From contig JAATGL010000190.1 in the NCBI GenBank assembly GCA_015654705.1, forward strand, positions 3,496-67,495: a stretch of 64,000 nucleotides of DNA, written 5' to 3'. The stretch is from Alphaproteobacteria bacterium (GTDB lineage: Bacteria > Pseudomonadota > Alphaproteobacteria > Micropepsales > Micropepsaceae). This document shows, in pieces, positions 29,676 to 38,377 of this stretch (position 1 is the stretch's first letter; every line of letters begins with the position of its first letter). The notes under the pieces were generated by a model. The model made no database searches. It was not told the DNA's origin and worked only from the letters and a program-made list of their open reading frames with translations. The position numbers were made by a program, and so were the translations under genes.

Positions 29676-31811
29676 CTAGAATTTCGTGGCAAGCGAGATC
29701 CGCAACTCACGCGGCTCCGACGGGTGCGTATGGATGTCGTTCACGCCAGCGGCCGGTTCTCCAAGCAGTCGGGACGTATAATAGTAATCGATATCGCTTG
29801 TTCGAGCGTCGAGAAGATTGAAGACGTCGAGGCCGAGCGACCAGTTGTCGTCGATCCGGTAGCCGAAATCCGCGTAGAGCAGCGTCGTCGATTTGGAATT
29901 GATCGTTCCGTCCTGCGTAAGCGGACGGGGCCCAAAATATCTCGCCCGCAGTCCGGCCGAGCATTTCTCCAGCCAGCCGGGGATGTCGTGCACCGCGATG
30001 CCGCCGTCAAAGGTGGAGACCAGCGCTTCCGGGACATGGTCCCCGTCGGGCTCGCGATCGGTGAAGCGGGCGTGAGACCATGCGTAATCCGCGTCGATCG
30101 TCAGCCACGGCGTCGGCGTGTACCAATTGGCGAATTCGATGCCGTAGCGGCGCGTGGGGCCCGCCGGTTCGTTGGTTCCCGCGTCGCCGTCCCAGACCAA
30201 TTCCGATTGCAGGTCGAGAAGCCAAAGCGAAAATTCGCTGCGCAGGTTGGGGATGACGGTGGTTCGCAGGCCCATTTCCGCGCCTGTCGAGCGCGGCAGC
30301 GCCGTCGCCGGGTTGACGCTCGCCACCACCCCGCGCGCATCGTTGCTGTGGAATCCCTGGCCGAAATCAAAATACAGTTCACTCTTCTCCCAGGGACCGA
30401 GAACGACGTTGACCTTCGGGCTGAGGACCTGCGCCTGCACATCGCCCGAGCTTCCGCCCGCGATGTTGTCGACGTTCATCCAGTAAAAATCGCCGCGCAG
30501 CCCGACGATGGTTCTCAGCCAGTCGGTCCAATGCGTTTGGTTTTCGATGTAGGGAGAGGCGCTGGTCTCCACGATGTCATTCAAGGTCGTGGTATCCAGG
30601 ACCGTGCGCGCGTCGGTGTGGAACAGGCCGTTGTGGATGTCGTCGTTTCGGAGCCGCAGCCCGATGGTCGTCTCCGAATCGCGCCCCAGCAGCGTGTGAT
30701 CCCAAAGCTGACTGACCGCCCCGCCGAACACGAAGCGGTTGTCCGCCTGCTCAAATTGGTCGCCATGGACCGGATCATCGAGGAAATAGGTGAAGTTCGA
30801 GAACAGGCGCAGATTGTAATATTCGCCATAGAGCGTCGCATGTGTCGCCGCGTTCGCCTGATTTTGGTGCCATTCGGCATTGATGGCATAGCGGCTGGTC
30901 TCTCCGCCATCGGTGGGGTCGATCGCGCCCCAGCGCGAAATCAAGTCCGGCGGTGGTGGAGCGCCGACCGGATCGGCCTCGCCCATGATCGCGCGGTCGG
31001 GAACCTGGTCGGTTGAATTCCAGATGTTATGGTAGCCCATGGCGGTGAAGGTCGCGCCATCGCTGTCGCCGCCAAACGTATAGCGAAGAACGCCGTCGAT
31101 CTTTCGGGCGTCGTCCCCTTTGGTCCAGGGGCCGTCATTGTGTTCGAATTCGCCGGCATAGATCACATTGCCTGCGCCTAGCTGGGCGTTGTCGCCCGCC
31201 ACGACGCGGCCATAGCCGAACTGGCCTCCCTCGACGCGCACGAAGCCGCTCGGAAGCTCGTCGTAATAGCGGATGTTGAAGGCCCCGGCGGATCCGAAAT
31301 CGCCGACATCCGCATAGTACGGCCCCTTCTTGTAATCGACACGTTCGACCAGTTCGGGAATGAGGAAGTTGAGGTCCGCATAGCCTTGCCCATGGGCATG
31401 GGTCGGCATGTTCACCGGCACATCGTCGACGCTGACGGCGAGGTCGGTACCGTGGTCGAGGTTGAAGCCGCGCAGGAAATACTGGTTCGCCTTGCCGCTT
31501 CCCGAGTGCTGCGTGATGATCACACCGGGTATCTCCTCCACGACTTCGCCGGGGCGAAGCAGCGGCCGCAGCGCCAGATCCGCGGCACTGACGGTGCCCT
31601 GGTTGGCGGATTGGGCGATGCAGGTGAGGTCCTGGGCGCGCCCGGTCACGACAACGGTTTCGATGTCCGGCTGCGCGGTCTTTGGGCATTTGCTGTCCGT
31701 GCTCCGGCATTGCTGCGCCACGCCGGTCGCTTGAGCGTCAGCAACGGTAGACGCCGCGAAAGTCGCGGCCGCGCTCAGCACAAAGCCGCTCGCCACACGG
31801 CGCAACCGCAT
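29676..31811 (-). CDS. TonB-dependent receptor, probably nickel uptake
   Basis: ETVVVTGR, QHSGSGKANQYFLRGFNLDHG, MPTHAHGQG, C-terminal Phe; divergent from nikR with operator between. Confidence 0.88.
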   Translation of the reverse strand: MRLRRVASGFVLSAAATFAASTVADAQATGVAQQCRSTDSKCPKTAQPDIETVVVTGRAQDLTCIAQSANQGTVSAADLALRPLLRPGEVVEEIPGVIITQHSGSGKANQYFLRGFNLDHGTDLAVSVDDVPVNMPTHAHGQGYADLNFLIPELVERVDYKKGPYYADVGDFGSAGAFNIRYYDELPSGFVRVEGGQFGYGRVVAGDNAQLGAGNVIYAGEFEHNDGPWTKGDDARKIDGVLRYTFGGDSDGATFTAMGYHNIWNSTDQVPDRAIMGEADPVGAPPPPDLISRWGAIDPTDGGETSRYAINAEWHQNQANAATHATLYGEYYNLRLFSNFTYFLDDPVHGDQFEQADNRFVFGGAVSQLWDHTLLGRDSETTIGLRLRNDDIHNGLFHTDARTVLDTTTLNDIVETSASPYIENQTHWTDWLRTIVGLRGDFYWMNVDNIAGGSSGDVQAQVLSPKVNVVLGPWEKSELYFDFGQGFHSNDARGVVASVNPATALPRSTGAEMGLRTTVIPNLRSEFSLWLLDLQSELVWDGDAGTNEPAGPTRRYGIEFANWYTPTPWLTIDADYAWSHARFTDREPDGDHVPEALVSTFDGGIAVHDIPGWLEKCSAGLRARYFGPRPLTQDGTINSKSTTLLYADFGYRIDDNWSLGLDVFNLLDARTSDIDYYYTSRLLGEPAAGVNDIHTHPSEPRELRISLATKF

Positions 31812-31850
31812 CGTGCCGCCCCACTCCACAATCCACCCCGCGACGCCAAA

Positions 31851-31878
31851 GTATGATGATAAAGAAAATTTCGCTTAC
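31851..31878. promoter_or_regulatory. NikR operator candidate
   Basis: GTATGA-N16-GCTTAC (consensus GTATGA-N16-TCATAC); an extra CCATAC half-site at 31878-31883. Confidence 0.7.
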
Positions 31879-32008
31879 CATACAAAACTGATAGAAATAA
31901 TTCTGCAAGTGCCGGATCGTGAAATTCCTGAAAGACGCTCGACCCTTTTCCCGGTGAACGTGCATACTCGGTTTACGGTGCGCTCGGGATGCCGCTATTG
32001 GAGATCAC

Positions 32009-32482
32009 ATGGAACGCGTGACGATCACTGTGGATGAAGAATTGCTGTCGGAGATCGACCGTCTGATCGCCACGCGGGGCTATCCGAACCGCTCCGAAGC
32101 CATTCGCGATCTGGCCCGCAGCGGCTTGCGGCAGGCTGCCGAGGAAAGCGGCTCGGTCGGCGACTGCGTGGCGGCCCTCGTCTACGCCTACAGCCATGAC
32201 GAGCGCGATCTATCCAAGCGGCTGGCGCAGACCTTTCACGACAGCCACGAATTGTCGGTCGCGGCGATGCACGTCCATCTGGATCATCGCACCTGCCTCG
32301 AAGTGAGCGTGCTGCGCGGCGCCTCGAAGGAAGTACGCCATTTGGCCGACTACGTCATCGCCGAAAAGGGCGTTCGCCACGGACGGCTCTTCGCGCTTCC
32401 CGCCGACATCAAAACCGAAAAACACGCCCATGGCGGATCTCGGCGCGACCATGCGCATGTGCATGTCCGCAATGCCGGGTGA
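32009..32482 (+). CDS. nikR: Nickel-responsive regulator with His-rich tail
   Basis: RHH domain MERVTITVD...NRSEAIRDL; Ni ligands in FHDSH and HVHLDHRTCLEV. Confidence 0.96.
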   Translation: MERVTITVDEELLSEIDRLIATRGYPNRSEAIRDLARSGLRQAAEESGSVGDCVAALVYAYSHDERDLSKRLAQTFHDSHELSVAAMHVHLDHRTCLEVSVLRGASKEVRHLADYVIAEKGVRHGRLFALPADIKTEKHAHGGSRRDHAHVHVRNAG

Positions 32483-32618
32483 GCCATAAGCTCTATCGTG
32501 ACGCTTCACTCGGATGGCGGCGTAAGCGCTACCGGAACAACTTGAACCGGACATCCAGCTTAACGCGCGATGTCCCGAGCCTAAAAGAAACTCGGGAACG
32601 TCCGCCCCTTTTTCCGAA

Positions 32619-32695
32619 TGGCGACCCCGGGAGGACTCGAACCACCGGCCTACGGTTTAGGAAACCGCCGCTCTATCCTGCTGAGCTACGGGGTC
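32619..32695 (-). tRNA. tRNA-Arg(CCU)
   Basis: GACCCCG-TAGCTCAGCAGGATAGAGC-G-GCGGT-TTCCTAA-ACCGT-AGGCC-GGTGG-TTCGAGT-CCTCC-CGGGGTC-G-CCA; 77 nt, encoded CCA. Confidence 0.96.
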
Positions 32696-32718
32696 GCTTG
32701 GGTTTTCCAACATTAGTC

Positions 32719-32770
32719 GGAAACCGTTCCAACTTTTTCTGCCTTTTTGTTCCTGAGAGCAAGCCGTTTT
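32719..32770 (+). repeat. Degenerate direct repeat, copy A
   Basis: GGAAACCGTTCCAACTT...GTTCCTGAGAGCAAGCCGTTTT; about 38/52 identities to 34469-34518 by hand alignment. Confidence 0.55.
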
Positions 32771-33144
32771 GACTGTCCCGCCTCAGTGTAGCGGGCGTCC
32801 GGGAAGACATAGTTTTCTGCCGCTGATCGCGTTGTATGAAGGGCTATTCCGCGTAGTTCAAGGGGCGCTCATGGATAGTTTTGAAGCACCCGCGTTTGGT
32901 GGAAACGCGAGCCGCGACAAAATAATGGTGCATGTCGTGAGTGCCGGACTTCGCGGCTGGTACGCAGAGTCGATGATCGAGTTCGCACGATCCTCCGCAA
33001 TCGCCGCACAAATCGACGCGCGCGAGCCAGGCTTTGAACGGAGATAACTATGAGCGCGTACACTCACACACCGAGTCATCGGATTGTGGGGAAGCGAACG
33101 CGAACTCCTCTTCGCTAATAAGGTCGAGTTCTATTCGCCAATAA

Positions 33145-34401
33145 TCAGGGCGACAACTCAAATAATACTCCACCGGCTTTCTTACCGCCGATTTGTGCTA
33201 CTCCGTACAGGTTGCCAAGAGAGTCTTCTATCAACTTTCCGATAGGCGTGCCGCCATCCTCGCAATCATTCTTTTCGCAGAAGCAATAAAGTACCTGCTC
33301 TGATGTCCCGCTCAGTTCAAATATTGTTCCGTTCCCCTTCGTTCCACCAAGGTCTGTGGTGCCAAACAAATTGCCACTTGTATCGATCATTAGCGGGTTT
33401 GGGCCGTTGCCATCTTCGCAGCGCCTGAGGGAGCAGAAGCTGTAGAGAACCGTGAGCGGAGATTTCGGGCCGCTCGGCAGCAACTTGTATGCCGCGCCGC
33501 AATACACATATCTCTTGGGACAATGACCAGTCATACCTGTTGTTCCTAGAAGCTCCCCCGCAGCGTCCATCACCAGGGGGTCTGCTGGGCTCCCTCCATC
33601 TGGGCAACTCCTCGTCCTACAAAAATGGTGAAGGACTGTTTCGGTCCAAGTTGTTCTGCCAGAGTCAGGGCTCAATTCGTACAATACTCCGTTAAAGTCG
33701 TAACCACCGCTCGTAGTTGTTCCAAACAGATTCCCCACAGAATCCACAAACACATCGCCCGACGGTGCGGCACCGTCGGTGCAGTTTTCGCCCCGGGAAC
33801 AAAAGTCGTGGAGAACGGTGTAGCCCCAACTGCCACCATTTGGCATCAGCATAAACACAACGCCACGGTTGCTGTTGCCGCCTTCTGTTGTTGTGCCATA
33901 AAGCGGGGAAACGCCGTCGTAGAGGGCGCCCGATTGAGCGCCTGCATAGGTGACGTTGCTTCTCGGCAGTGAATTGTTGCTGAAATTAACAAGCGTAGTG
34001 AGCGTCCATTGTGACCGATCAATATTGGGTGTTAGTTCGAAGACAAACCCTCCGTCCTGTGATCCGCCTTCCAATGACGTGCCGTACAAATTTCCAGATG
34101 CATCTTCGATGGTGCCGTTTGTATCGACTGGGTAGACCAACTTGCGCGTCCACTTCGTGCGGTCCCCATTTGGGGTCAACGAATAAACCCCACCCGCTGC
34201 TCCGCCATACAGTGTTCCCGAAGCGTCGAGAAAGAGGCCATTTCCTATCGGAAACGTTTCCGGCGAGAAGGAGTGCAGGACCTTATATGTGTAAGCTTCG
34301 GCGGAGCCTATAGCTCCAACAATTGCCAACGTGAATACTACTGCCCTGGCGAACGTTCGACGGGTGCAGCAGCGTCTCTCCAAGAGAAAACTAAAACGCA
34401 T
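33145..34401 (-). CDS. Second secreted GloVer-like repeat protein, Cys-loop variant, low GC
   Basis: Signal peptide, D..GNLYGT..GG...G.VFEL repeats, four FC-x4/5-C.DG loops; visibly AT-richer DNA. Confidence 0.85.
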   Translation of the reverse strand: MRFSFLLERRCCTRRTFARAVVFTLAIVGAIGSAEAYTYKVLHSFSPETFPIGNGLFLDASGTLYGGAAGGVYSLTPNGDRTKWTRKLVYPVDTNGTIEDASGNLYGTSLEGGSQDGGFVFELTPNIDRSQWTLTTLVNFSNNSLPRSNVTYAGAQSGALYDGVSPLYGTTTEGGNSNRGVVFMLMPNGGSWGYTVLHDFCSRGENCTDGAAPSGDVFVDSVGNLFGTTTSGGYDFNGVLYELSPDSGRTTWTETVLHHFCRTRSCPDGGSPADPLVMDAAGELLGTTGMTGHCPKRYVYCGAAYKLLPSGPKSPLTVLYSFCSLRRCEDGNGPNPLMIDTSGNLFGTTDLGGTKGNGTIFELSGTSEQVLYCFCEKNDCEDGGTPIGKLIEDSLGNLYGVAQIGGKKAGGVLFELSP

Positions 34402-34468
34402 TTTGAACCTCCCAGCGAAGGAGTAAGCTATCAGTTAACTGGTGTTCGTTCTATCGGCAATGCGCACG

Positions 34469-34518
34469 GGAAACCATCCCGACTTCCCCCCCGTTCGTTC
34501 TTCAGAGCAAGCCTTTTT
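34469..34518 (+). repeat. Degenerate direct repeat, copy B
   Basis: GGAAACCATCCCGACTT...GTTCTTCAGAGCAAGCCTTTTT. Confidence 0.55.
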
Positions 34519-34757
34519 CGCGGGCCCGACATCGGCGCGCGCCTCTCGCCGCGACGAGCCCTTTTTCCGCTGCGAAACACACCTTCTCAAAATCCAGCGA
34601 CTAGGGTCTGCCCGTCCCTGCCAGCCCCTTCAGCGGCGGTTAACCATTCTGGCCCATCATTGCCGCGTCTGGATCAGCACAGCACAGCGCCGCCGACTTC
34701 AAATCGGCCCGCCCGCGCCGCCCCGATCCACGCGGATTTCGGTTCCAGGGGGAGCAC

Positions 34758-35477
34758 ATGACGATCACCGCCGACATGCTGACGGTCGAGATCTTCGCCG
34801 ACGGCGCGGACAAGGCCAGCATTCTCGAACTCGCCGCGAACCCGCGCGTAAAGGGTTTCACGACCAATCCGACGCTCATGCGGCAGGCCGGCGTGACCGA
34901 TTACCAGGGCTTCGCGAAGGACGTTCTGGCCATGGTCGCCGACCGGCCGATCTCATTCGAAGTCTTCTCGGACGATTTCGACGAGATGTACCTGCAGGCG
35001 TGCAAAATCTCGACCTGGGGAGCGAATGTCTACGTCAAGATTCCGGTCACGAACACCAAGGGGGAAAGCGCCATCCCGCTCATCCGCAGCCTGGTGCGCG
35101 ACCGCGTGCAGATGAACGTCACCGCCCTTTTCACCGAGGCGCAGATCGAAGCAGTATCGGATGCCATGATCGATGCGCCGCCCTGCAACATCTCGGTGTT
35201 CGCGGGCCGCATCGCCGATGCCGGCGGCGATCCGCTGCCGATCATGCGGCGCGCGATCGAGATCATGCGCCCGCGCCCGCAGCAAAAACTCATCTGGGCG
35301 AGTCCGCGCGAAGTTTACAATGTCGTGCAGGCCGATATGATCGGCTGCCATATCATCACGGTGACGCGCGATCTCATCGCCAAGCTCACCTCGCTCGGCC
35401 GCGACCTGACGGAGTTCTCGCTCGACACAGTGAAGATGTTTCGCCGCGACGCGGTGAGCGCGGGTTATTCCCTTTGA
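34758..35477 (+). CDS. Short transaldolase-family protein
   Basis: IFADGAD, GFTTNPTL, SFEV, Schiff-base YVKIP, NVTA, SVFAGRIAD; GGGGAG RBS. Confidence 0.9.
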   Translation: MTITADMLTVEIFADGADKASILELAANPRVKGFTTNPTLMRQAGVTDYQGFAKDVLAMVADRPISFEVFSDDFDEMYLQACKISTWGANVYVKIPVTNTKGESAIPLIRSLVRDRVQMNVTALFTEAQIEAVSDAMIDAPPCNISVFAGRIADAGGDPLPIMRRAIEIMRPRPQQKLIWASPREVYNVVQADMIGCHIITVTRDLIAKLTSLGRDLTEFSLDTVKMFRRDAVSAGYSL

Positions 35478-37627
35478 GCGGACCGCCGGACGCGGCGATC
35501 ACCGCACCGCCTTCCGGCGGCGGAATCTCCGTCGTCTTTCCCGTCGCGGAACGCAATGCGGACGGCGATTTTCGCGGCTTCGAAACCGTGGGCGGCGAGA
35601 CGCTGATCCGCCGCTCTCTGCGTTCGTTCCAGCCCTTTCGGCAGCTGATCGACAAGGTTTTCTACGTCGTCCTCGACGAGCACGAAAAGCGCTTCGATAT
35701 CGCGCGGCGCATGGCGCCGGGCATTTCGGACATCCCGTTCGAACTTGTCCTCCTGTCCTCGCCCACCGGCGGGCCTGCGGAAACCGTGGCGCGCGCCGTG
35801 GCCAAGCACGGCATTTCCGGCAGGACGATCGTCTGCGACATCGATCATCGTCTCGATCCCGCGCCCCTGTTCGGCAACATCGCCGCCGCGCCGGACGAAT
35901 GTCTGGTCAGCCTGTGGCCGCTGGCCCGCGAAGACCTGAAGCGCTGGAGCGTCGCCTGTGTCGGCCGGGACGAGGCGATCGTCAACGTGGCCGAGCGGCG
36001 GCTTCCGGATGCCGCCGGAAGTTTTTCCGGCGTGATCGGCTGCTATTATTTCCCCGACATCCGCGTCGTGATGGATGTCTGCCAGGACCAGGCATTCAAG
36101 CGCTTCTGCGAATATTTCAACCGGCTTGCGTCGCACGGCGCCCCGGCGCGCGGCGTCCGGCTGGAAACGGCCGAGTTCTTCGGCGACAGGGAACGCATCC
36201 GCCTGCTCGAAAATCCGGCGGAATTCCGCGGCGCTATTTTCTGCGATATCGACGGCACGCTGATCGTCCATGAGGACAAGCCGGACTATTCGCGCCTGCC
36301 GCAATTGCTGCCCGGCAGCCGCGAAAAGCTGCGCAGCTGGATCGCCGACGGCTATTTCGTCGTGCTCTGCACCGCCCGCAGCGGGGAGGATGAGCCGCGC
36401 CTCGTCGAAATGCTGCATGAACTGAACATTCCCTATCACCGGATCGTCACCGGACTGCCCAGCGGCGTGCGTGTCCTGATCAACGACCGCAAGCCCTATG
36501 CGATGCTCGAATCGCAGGCGGCATCGATCGAGATCGCACGCAATCACGGCATCGCGGCGCTGGAGATATCGCCAGGGCGCCGGCTCACGGTGCTGCGGCG
36601 CTTCGAAGGCGGTTCCTTTGCGGAGACCCTGCTCGTCGAGGAGAACGGGAAGACGTTCGTGCGCAAGCGGGCGGCAAAGGACGGCAATCTCAGCGTCGGC
36701 CATCATCGGCTGCGCGATCAATTCCGCACCATCGAACGTTTCTCGCAGCTCGCACCGGAACTGGTGCCGGCGCTTTACGGGGAAGAGAACAATTCCCACG
36801 AATATTTCTACGACATGGAATTCCTGGACGGGTACGTCCCGGTCGCGGAATGCGCCGACGAGATGCGCGCGGCGGCGCTGGACCGTCTCTTCGACCGGTT
36901 CGGCGCCCGCATCTATTGCCACAGAAGCACCGATCGCGGCGCGGCGGAGGATTGGCTCCTGCGCCACCTCGATAGCAAGATTCATCCGAAGATCGCGGCG
37001 CTCGCGGTGCATGATCGTCTGCGCCCGCTTCTCGCCGGCGAAGGCGTCGAGATCGACGGCGTGTTCCACCCAAGCCTTGAAAAGCTGCTCGCGCGGATCG
37101 TCGAGAACGACGTGCTGGCGAAGTTCGCGCCGCAATTCCTGACGCTGGTGCATGGCGATCTAACGTTCCAGAACATCATGACCCGCGCGGACGGCGACAC
37201 CAGGGTCATCGACATGGAAGCCCAGGACAGCCTGGAAGCCATCGAGCTCGACCTGGGGAAGATTTTTCAGTCGACCCACAATCAATACGAAAAATGGTGG
37301 CGTTCTTGCACGTCCCTGTGCGGGAGCGCATCGCCCACCAGCCTTCGGCTGAATTTCCATCCCGCATCCCCAGACAGCATGTTGCTCGATGCCCTGCGCC
37401 GGCGCTGGGGCAAAATTCTCGGCTGCTCCGCGGACGCCGTCGACATCAAGGGCGGTTTCTATCTCGGCCTGCATCTGGTGCGGATGGTGCCGTTCCGCAT
37501 GAAGATGAGCATGGACCACGCCCTTTATGCGCTGGCGACGGCGCTCCGGTCGCTCAACGCCGCGATCGAGCAGGCCGCGCCGCGGGTCGCCCGGCGCAGC
37601 GCGCGGCGAATGCGCGTCGCCGCCTGA
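35474..37627 (+). CDS. Three-domain fusion: BcbE-like GT-A/NTase + HAD phosphatase + APH/choline-kinase-fold kinase
   Basis: TTGA overlap with transaldolase; GPAET/CDIDH/IGCYYF; IFCDIDGTL/CTAR/INDR; EGGSFA/VRK/YDMEF/HGDLTFQNIM/VID/DLGKI. Confidence 0.82.
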   Translation: MSGPPDAAITAPPSGGGISVVFPVAERNADGDFRGFETVGGETLIRRSLRSFQPFRQLIDKVFYVVLDEHEKRFDIARRMAPGISDIPFELVLLSSPTGGPAETVARAVAKHGISGRTIVCDIDHRLDPAPLFGNIAAAPDECLVSLWPLAREDLKRWSVACVGRDEAIVNVAERRLPDAAGSFSGVIGCYYFPDIRVVMDVCQDQAFKRFCEYFNRLASHGAPARGVRLETAEFFGDRERIRLLENPAEFRGAIFCDIDGTLIVHEDKPDYSRLPQLLPGSREKLRSWIADGYFVVLCTARSGEDEPRLVEMLHELNIPYHRIVTGLPSGVRVLINDRKPYAMLESQAASIEIARNHGIAALEISPGRRLTVLRRFEGGSFAETLLVEENGKTFVRKRAAKDGNLSVGHHRLRDQFRTIERFSQLAPELVPALYGEENNSHEYFYDMEFLDGYVPVAECADEMRAAALDRLFDRFGARIYCHRSTDRGAAEDWLLRHLDSKIHPKIAALAVHDRLRPLLAGEGVEIDGVFHPSLEKLLARIVENDVLAKFAPQFLTLVHGDLTFQNIMTRADGDTRVIDMEAQDSLEAIELDLGKIFQSTHNQYEKWWRSCTSLCGSASPTSLRLNFHPASPDSMLLDALRRRWGKILGCSADAVDIKGGFYLGLHLVRMVPFRMKMSMDHALYALATALRSLNAAIEQAAPRVARRSARRMRVAA

Positions 37628-37638
37628 GGATCGCGCCG

Positions 37639-38355
37639 GTGCAGGAGATATCCCTGATATTCCCGATGGCCGGCCAGGGCGCGCGCTTCGGCTATCGCTT
37701 CAAGCCGTTCCTGGAGGTGCGGGAAATGTCCTTCATCGAAGCGGCGTTCCTGCCGTTCCGCCCATGGCTTTCGCGGATCGCCCAGGTCTATTTCGTTTTC
37801 ACGCGCGAGCAGGACACGACTCATCAGGTAAGCGCGCGCCTTGATGAAATGTTTGCGGACGTGCCTTTCGAAGCCGTCATTCTGGATCGCGCGACGGAAG
37901 GCCCGGCGGTGACGCTTGGCCGCTGTCTCGAATCGGAAAATATTTCGGGTCCGATCATGGCCTGCGACTGCGACCACGCCCTGACGGTCGACGGCCTCAT
38001 GCGCGCGGCGGAGAATCCCGACATCGAATGCGCCCTGCCGACATGGGACCTCGACGGCGAATCCCTCGCCTCGTGGAGCGTCGCCGCCATAGGCGGCGAC
38101 GGGCGCATCGCGGCGGTCTCGGAAAAGGCGCTTCCGGCGCATGGCGGATGCTGCCGCGGCATCATCGGCTGCTATTATTTCGCGGACGCCGCACGCGTCC
38201 GCCGGCTCATCGCCGAGACACACGCGATCCATCTTTCCGACGTCGTCGCCCGCTATCTCGAAGAGCACCGCGATGTCCGTTCGGTTCCGGTTCGCGAAGC
38301 CTATTTCTTCGGCGATCCGGCACGCCTGGCGCGCGTAGCGTCGCTGGGACTCTGA
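37639..38355 (+). CDS. BcbE-like nucleotidyltransferase/GT-A fold protein
   Basis: LIFPMAGQGARF..FKPFL, TEGPAVT, ACDCD, VSEK, IGCYYF, FFGDP. Confidence 0.82.
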   Translation: MQEISLIFPMAGQGARFGYRFKPFLEVREMSFIEAAFLPFRPWLSRIAQVYFVFTREQDTTHQVSARLDEMFADVPFEAVILDRATEGPAVTLGRCLESENISGPIMACDCDHALTVDGLMRAAENPDIECALPTWDLDGESLASWSVAAIGGDGRIAAVSEKALPAHGGCCRGIIGCYYFADAARVRRLIAETHAIHLSDVVARYLEEHRDVRSVPVREAYFFGDPARLARVASLGL

Positions 38356-38377
38356 CGGACCGGGAAAGGCGCGAGAC

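Noticed and set aside
32619-32695. Integrase-type island at tRNA 3' end
   Set aside because: No integrase and no duplicate tRNA 3' end found by eye.
32769-33130. Small ORFs between tRNA and low-GC gene
   Set aside because: No recognisable motif or clear RBS; may be a decayed remnant but cannot be supported.
34442-35473. 1061-aa ORF starting at 34442
   Set aside because: First 344 codons are an off-frame shadow of the transaldolase and its upstream DNA; real start is the TTG at 35474.
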